Assembly: GCA_030425185.1 (NCBI GenBank)
Contig: JAUIAU010000011.1
Coordinates: 114 to 64,113, forward strand
Source: Alphaproteobacteria bacterium
GTDB taxonomy: Bacteria; Pseudomonadota; Alphaproteobacteria; Rhodobacterales; Rhodobacteraceae
DNA: 64,000 nt
Direction: 5' to 3'
Shown: piece after piece, positions 59,768 through 64,000 of the stretch
Layout: each line of letters opens with the position of its first letter
Numbering within the stretch: the first letter of the stretch is position 1
Made by a program: the position numbers and the translations under genes
Notes under the pieces: generated by a model
Database searches by the model: none
Seen by the model: the letters and a program-made list of their open reading frames with translations, nothing else
Told to the model about the DNA's origin: nothing

Positions 59768-61042
59768 ATGGCGGCAGCCACCGGTCTGCACCTCAAGGCG
59801 CGCGGCAACCAGCGCCTGTCCCGGGAGATGATGCAGGGCATGGCGATCCTCGCCCGTCCCGCCGCGACACTCCGCGCCGAACTCGAAGCCGCGATGCTGG
59901 AGAACCCCGCCCTCGACCTGGCCGAGCCGATGTCGCAGGGCTTCGGCGACGGCGCGACCGACAAGATCAAGGCCGACCCCGACCTGGGCAGCCTTCTGCG
60001 CGATCAGCTGCGGCTGGAGCGCTTGTCCCCCGCCGTCCTGCGCGCCGCGCGGACAATCACCTGGGCGCTCGACGACAGGGGCTGGCTGGACATGGATCTG
60101 GCCGAGATCGCGACGCTGGCCGCCACCAGCCCGGAGGAGGCCGCCGCCGGTCTGGCCGCCGTGCAGGCCTGTCAGCCCGCCGGTGTCGCCGCCCGGGACC
60201 TGCCCGAATGCCTGGCGCTGCAACTCGTCGCCGGGGGCGAGGACCCGACCGTGGCCCGGGCCGCGGCGGCCTGCCTGCCGGACCTTGTCGCCGGGCACTG
60301 GAAGCGGGCGTCCGATACCAGCGGACTGGACACCGCTACCCTGAAACGCCTTGCGGCGCTCCTGCCCGCGCTGACCGCCGCGCCGGGCGCAGGCTTCGGA
60401 GCGGCCGCGCGGGCCCTGCTGCCGGATCTGGTCGTGCGGGTCGAGGCGGACGGCACACTGACCGTCGGCCTGAAGCGCGGTGTCCTGCCCAACCTGCGCC
60501 TGCACCCCGGCCTGCCGGACGACGGGAGGCTGGCCGAGGCGCGGCGCGAAGCCGAGGGTCTGATTCGGGCACTCAGCTTCCGCCGCAGCACGCTTCTGCG
60601 GGTGGGCGCGGCGGTGGTCGAGCACCAGCGTGCCTGGCTGACCGGCGCTTCCGACGCCTTGGTTCCGCTGGAACGACAGACTGTCGCCGCCGAGCTTGGC
60701 CTGCACCCGTCGACAGTCGGACGGGCCGTGCAGGACAAGGCGATTGACACGCCGCACGGCGTCATGCCCCTGTCGGCCCTGTTCCCCGGAACCCTTGACC
60801 GCACCGGGGACGGGCCGAGCGTGCACGCTGTCCAGCAGCGCATCGCCCGGCTGATCGCCGCCGAGACCGGCGGCCGGGTCCTGTCGGATTCCGAGATCGC
60901 GGCCCGTCTGTCCGAGGAGGGCGTTGACATCGCGCGGCGAACTGTCGCCAAATATCGGGGATGTCTGAGCATCCCGCCCTCGCATGTCCGCAAACGCCGG
61001 AAGGCCTTGCGGAGCCTTGGCGGCGAACCCGTGGGTGTCTGA
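59768..61042 (+). CDS. rpoN: RNA polymerase sigma-54 factor
   Basis: LENPAL, VAARDLPECL, HTH VAAELGLHPSTVGRAV, RpoN box ARRTVAKYR; canonical lptB-rpoN-hpf-ptsN position. Confidence 0.9.
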   Translation: MAAATGLHLKARGNQRLSREMMQGMAILARPAATLRAELEAAMLENPALDLAEPMSQGFGDGATDKIKADPDLGSLLRDQLRLERLSPAVLRAARTITWALDDRGWLDMDLAEIATLAATSPEEAAAGLAAVQACQPAGVAARDLPECLALQLVAGGEDPTVARAAAACLPDLVAGHWKRASDTSGLDTATLKRLAALLPALTAAPGAGFGAAARALLPDLVVRVEADGTLTVGLKRGVLPNLRLHPGLPDDGRLAEARREAEGLIRALSFRRSTLLRVGAAVVEHQRAWLTGASDALVPLERQTVAAELGLHPSTVGRAVQDKAIDTPHGVMPLSALFPGTLDRTGDGPSVHAVQQRIARLIAAETGGRVLSDSEIAARLSEEGVDIARRTVAKYRGCLSIPPSHVRKRRKALRSLGGEPVGV

Positions 61043-61116
61043 CCGTTTCCCCCCTGTTTACAGAGTGTTAGCGCAGGCACCCAGAGGTTCAGGATAGGCG
61101 TCCAAAGGAGGCACAA

Positions 61117-61692
61117 GTGCGCTATCAAATCACCGGAAAACAGATCGACATCGGCGAAGCCCTGCAGACGCATGTGAAGCAGGAAATGGATGAGGTCGTG
61201 GCGAAATACGCCGAACGTCCCACCGACGCCAATGTGGTCTTCTCGCGGACCGCCCACGAGCATGTCTGCGAAGCCACTGTCCATCTCTCGACCGGGCTGA
61301 CGGCACAGGCGACCGGGAATGCCCCGGATATCTACGCCGCCTTCGAGAAGTGCAACGAGCGGCTCGAGAAGCAATTGCGCCGCTACAAGCGCCGCCTCAA
61401 GAACCACCATCGCGAGCGCGCGGAGCCCGTTGCGCTCTTCGGGGCATCCTCGTATATCCTCGCCTCTGGCGGCGACGAAGAGGCATCGGAACCGGAGTCG
61501 CTGCAACCGATGATCATTGCCGAGATGGAGAGCCGGATTCCGGAAATCTCGGTCGGCGAAGCGGTCATGCAAATGGAATTGGCGGGGTCACAGTTGCTGG
61601 TCTTCCGAAACGAGCGACACGGCGGGATCAACGTGGTCCACCGGCGTGACGACGGCAACATCGGCTGGATTGATCCCCGGCTGAACAGCTGA
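61117..61692 (+). CDS. hpf: Ribosome hibernation promoting factor (long HPF/RaiA)
   Basis: GKQIDIGEALQ, EKQLRRYKRRLK, C-terminal GGINVVHRRDDGNIGWID; GTG start after AGGAGG. Confidence 0.93.
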   Translation: MRYQITGKQIDIGEALQTHVKQEMDEVVAKYAERPTDANVVFSRTAHEHVCEATVHLSTGLTAQATGNAPDIYAAFEKCNERLEKQLRRYKRRLKNHHRERAEPVALFGASSYILASGGDEEASEPESLQPMIIAEMESRIPEISVGEAVMQMELAGSQLLVFRNERHGGINVVHRRDDGNIGWIDPRLNS

Positions 61693-61717
61693 CAGCCGCG
61701 ACAACGGGACTGGCAAC

Positions 61718-62182
61718 ATGCATCTCTCGGATATCCTGAAACCCCGCGCCGTGCGGGTGGTCGGCCACTTCACGAGCAAGAAGCGGCTGATGCAGGAACT
61801 CGCCGATATCGGGGCGGGGGTCTACGGACTGTCGGCCAGCGATGCGATGGACGCCCTTCTCGAACGCGAGACGCTTGGTGCGACCGGCGTGGGGCATGGC
61901 GTTGCCCTGCCCCATGCCCGCCTCGAGGGAATCGACCAGATCGTCGGTGCCTTCATCCGGCTCGAGAAGCCGATCGATTTCGACTCGGTCGACCGCCAGC
62001 CGGTCGACCTGGTGTTCTGCCTGTTCGCGCCGCAGGATGGCGGGGTCGATCACCTCAAGGCGCTGGCGCTGGTCTCGCGCACGCTGCGCGACGCCGCGAC
62101 CTGCGCCAAGCTGCGCGCGAACGAGGATCCGGCGACCCTGCACGCGATCCTTTCCGAAGTGCAGAATACCAAGGCCGCCTGA
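61718..62182 (+). CDS. ptsN: PTS EIIA(Ntr) nitrogen-regulatory protein
   Basis: RETLGATGVGHGVALPHAR (phospho-His), FDSVDRQPVDL, DHLKALA. Confidence 0.94.
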   Translation: MHLSDILKPRAVRVVGHFTSKKRLMQELADIGAGVYGLSASDAMDALLERETLGATGVGHGVALPHARLEGIDQIVGAFIRLEKPIDFDSVDRQPVDLVFCLFAPQDGGVDHLKALALVSRTLRDAATCAKLRANEDPATLHAILSEVQNTKAA

Positions 62183-62191
62183 GCTGTCCCC

Positions 62192-63610
62192 TCAGCCGCG
62201 CCAGTCGCCGAACCCGAAAACCAGGTAGTCCCTCGGATAGGCCGCACGAGCTGCGGCCTCGACGCGTTCGTCGTAGACGCTGTCGAGAAGCCCGGCCAAG
62301 GGCAGCGGATCGACCAGCGAACCGGACGGGCCCGGCAGCCCGTTCCGCGCGGCCAGCCCGGCGACAGTGGCATCCAGCTCGTCTTCCCGCAGGACATGGT
62401 CAGGCGGGCGAACCGTGGCAAAGCCCTGCACGATGGCCAGTTGCGAGGCCCAGGCCGGCTCGATTCGCAGCGCGGTCTGGCCGGCGAGGTTGGCCTTGAG
62501 GAACCTGAGGAAGGCGAGGAAGGCAACGCGGGCACGATCGGCGTCGAAGGCGGGATCGGGCCACTCGGCGGGCAGCGGGACGCCATACGTCTGGACGAGC
62601 GCCCCCCGCGTGTCGGCAAAGGCCTTGCGGTCGGTCGGCAGCACCTTGCCCGCAAAGACGGCCCAGGCCCGGGCCACCGGGTGACGCAGGACGGTCAGGG
62701 CCGTCGCCCCGGGCGCGTCCTTCGACCACGCGCGAAAGTCCTTCTGGGTCATGTCGGTCCGCACGCCGCCGAGCCCCGACAGCCAGGCGCCGAGGCCGGT
62801 CTCGGACGAGGACCGGACCGGCTGGACCAGAACCGGAGCCACCTCGGACGCCAGCCATGTCGGCACCGCCGCCCCGCGCGAGGGCTCGAAACTGGGCAGC
62901 GCGTTCAGTCCGAAGGCATCGAACTCGGACAGGGCGACGACCATCTCGTCATAGTTCTCGACCTTGTCCCGCATCGTGCCGGGGTTCTGCTTCTTCAGCG
63001 AGGTGTCGAGCGCGGCGATCGTCCCGGACGAGCCGAGGAACCGCGCCACGCCGGACAGCACCTCGGGCCGGAGCGTGTCTTCGTAGGTCAGTTCGAACGC
63101 GGTCTGCCCGGTTTCCTGAAGCCCGCGACGCAGCGCGCCGAAGAAGGCGGTGTTGTCCTCGAGTTGTTCGCGGAACTGCGTCTTGTCGAAGACGACCTTG
63201 GCTTCGCGTCGGCTGTCGGCGTCGGTCAGCACCCATTGATCAAGATAGCGCGCCAGCTTCCACGAGATGTAGCTGTCCAGCGGATTGCGCGTCAGCAGGA
63301 TCTTGGCGCAGCGCGGATCGGCCAGCGCGGCCTCGCGCACCCGGGGCGCATGGTCGTGAAACAACCGGAACCCGGGCAGGCCGTCGCGGAATTCCTCGCG
63401 GATGCTGGCCACCAGTCGCATGGGGTCCGCTTCGCGCTCCTCCAGCGTGACGCCGAGATACTCGGTCATCTTCTCGTGGGCGATGAAGTAGGGATTGTAG
63501 AGTTCCCCGAAGCACCGCACGTCCGGCAGCGTGTTGAGATTGCGCTCCAGCAGGTTCGACCCGGTGCGCATGCCGCCGAAGATCACGAAATAGTCGAAGC
63601 GCTCGGGCAT
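62192..63610 (-). CDS. Tandem sulfotransferase-like protein (Stf0/NodH-like N-domain plus second P-loop domain)
   Basis: GGMRTGSNLL PAPS loop, GELYNP, LTRNPLDSYIS, LTYED; second domain VLRHPVARAW...WASQ. Confidence 0.7.
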   Translation of the reverse strand: MPERFDYFVIFGGMRTGSNLLERNLNTLPDVRCFGELYNPYFIAHEKMTEYLGVTLEEREADPMRLVASIREEFRDGLPGFRLFHDHAPRVREAALADPRCAKILLTRNPLDSYISWKLARYLDQWVLTDADSRREAKVVFDKTQFREQLEDNTAFFGALRRGLQETGQTAFELTYEDTLRPEVLSGVARFLGSSGTIAALDTSLKKQNPGTMRDKVENYDEMVVALSEFDAFGLNALPSFEPSRGAAVPTWLASEVAPVLVQPVRSSSETGLGAWLSGLGGVRTDMTQKDFRAWSKDAPGATALTVLRHPVARAWAVFAGKVLPTDRKAFADTRGALVQTYGVPLPAEWPDPAFDADRARVAFLAFLRFLKANLAGQTALRIEPAWASQLAIVQGFATVRPPDHVLREDELDATVAGLAARNGLPGPSGSLVDPLPLAGLLDSVYDERVEAAARAAYPRDYLVFGFGDWRG

Positions 63611-63617
63611 GGCGGTC

Positions 63618-64000
63618 CTAGGTCACGAGTTTGGGGCGTTGGCCGCCCGGCAGCATGTCGGCCGGTGCGGCATCGACCGGGAAGTCGCCGGTCAGGTAGG
63701 GCTTCATGCCCGCGTTCTTCAGATTCTGCAGGAAGGCCCCGAAGCCCGTCAGGTCGGCCATGCGCGGTACCTCGGCCAGCCGTCGGGGCGCGCTCGGCTC
63801 GATCTCGTCCAGGATGGCCTGCAGATGCTCCATCGGATCGTCGAGGAAGTCCGCGAGCGCCCAGATCCGGATGCGGGCCGGAAGGCCGCGCTGGCGGATC
63901 TGGCCAAGGAAATGATCCTCGACCCGCTGCATCCACGCCGCCTCCCGCCGCTTCGCCTCGAAGTCCATGTCGGACTGGAACAGCCGGATCGCCCAGGCGC
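63618..64000 (-). CDS. C-terminus of a protein running off the window, probably a core-2/I-branching-type glycosyltransferase-associated protein
   Basis: Open frame to the window end (AWAIRLFQSDMDFEAKRREAAWMQRVE...GMKPYLTGDFP). Family guess rests on recalled Rhodobacteraceae gene order only. Confidence 0.55.
   Translation of the reverse strand, partial: AWAIRLFQSDMDFEAKRREAAWMQRVEDHFLGQIRQRGLPARIRIWALADFLDDPMEHLQAILDEIEPSAPRRLAEVPRMADLTGFGAFLQNLKNAGMKPYLTGDFPVDAAPADMLPGGQRPKLVT

Overview
High-GC alphaproteobacterial chromosome segment, most consistent with Rhodobacteraceae/Roseobacter-type gene content and order (petABC, petP-petR-ilvE, thiBPQ, xseB-ispA-dxs, gltDB, kdsD-lptCAB-rpoN-hpf-ptsN). 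Three parts look accessory. (1) 1-5.3 kb is a surface-polysaccharide sugar cluster (HpcH/HpaI aldolase, two SDRs, KdsB-like cytidylyltransferase, KdsC-like HAD phosphatase, CapD). It is bordered by an intact IS66 (5712-8245) and an IS481 remnant. (2) 27.8-38.3 kb holds an RTX protein and a KpsM/E/T capsule-export locus with a two-domain glycosyltransferase and a sulfotransferase-like protein. (3) The right edge holds a sulfotransferase/glycosyltransferase pair. RNA features are a TPP riboswitch and tRNA-Leu(CAG). The strongest hidden signal is a palindrome, GTCA(G/A)-N5-(C/T)TGAC, found four times in intergenic DNA: once between petP and ilvE, once upstream of gltB and twice upstream of gltD. 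It suggests a MarR (PetP) regulon linking branched-chain aminotransferase and glutamate synthase. Other notable items are a possible aldolase-based CMP-ulosonate pathway, a 14-bp tandem duplication frameshifting a VOC gene, a Pho-box-like repeat upstream of ade-amn, an alphaproteobacterial LexA-type box between capsule glycosyltransferases, and an orphan Flp-pilin/lectin-like fusion. All family assignments come from motif recognition; no database searches were run.
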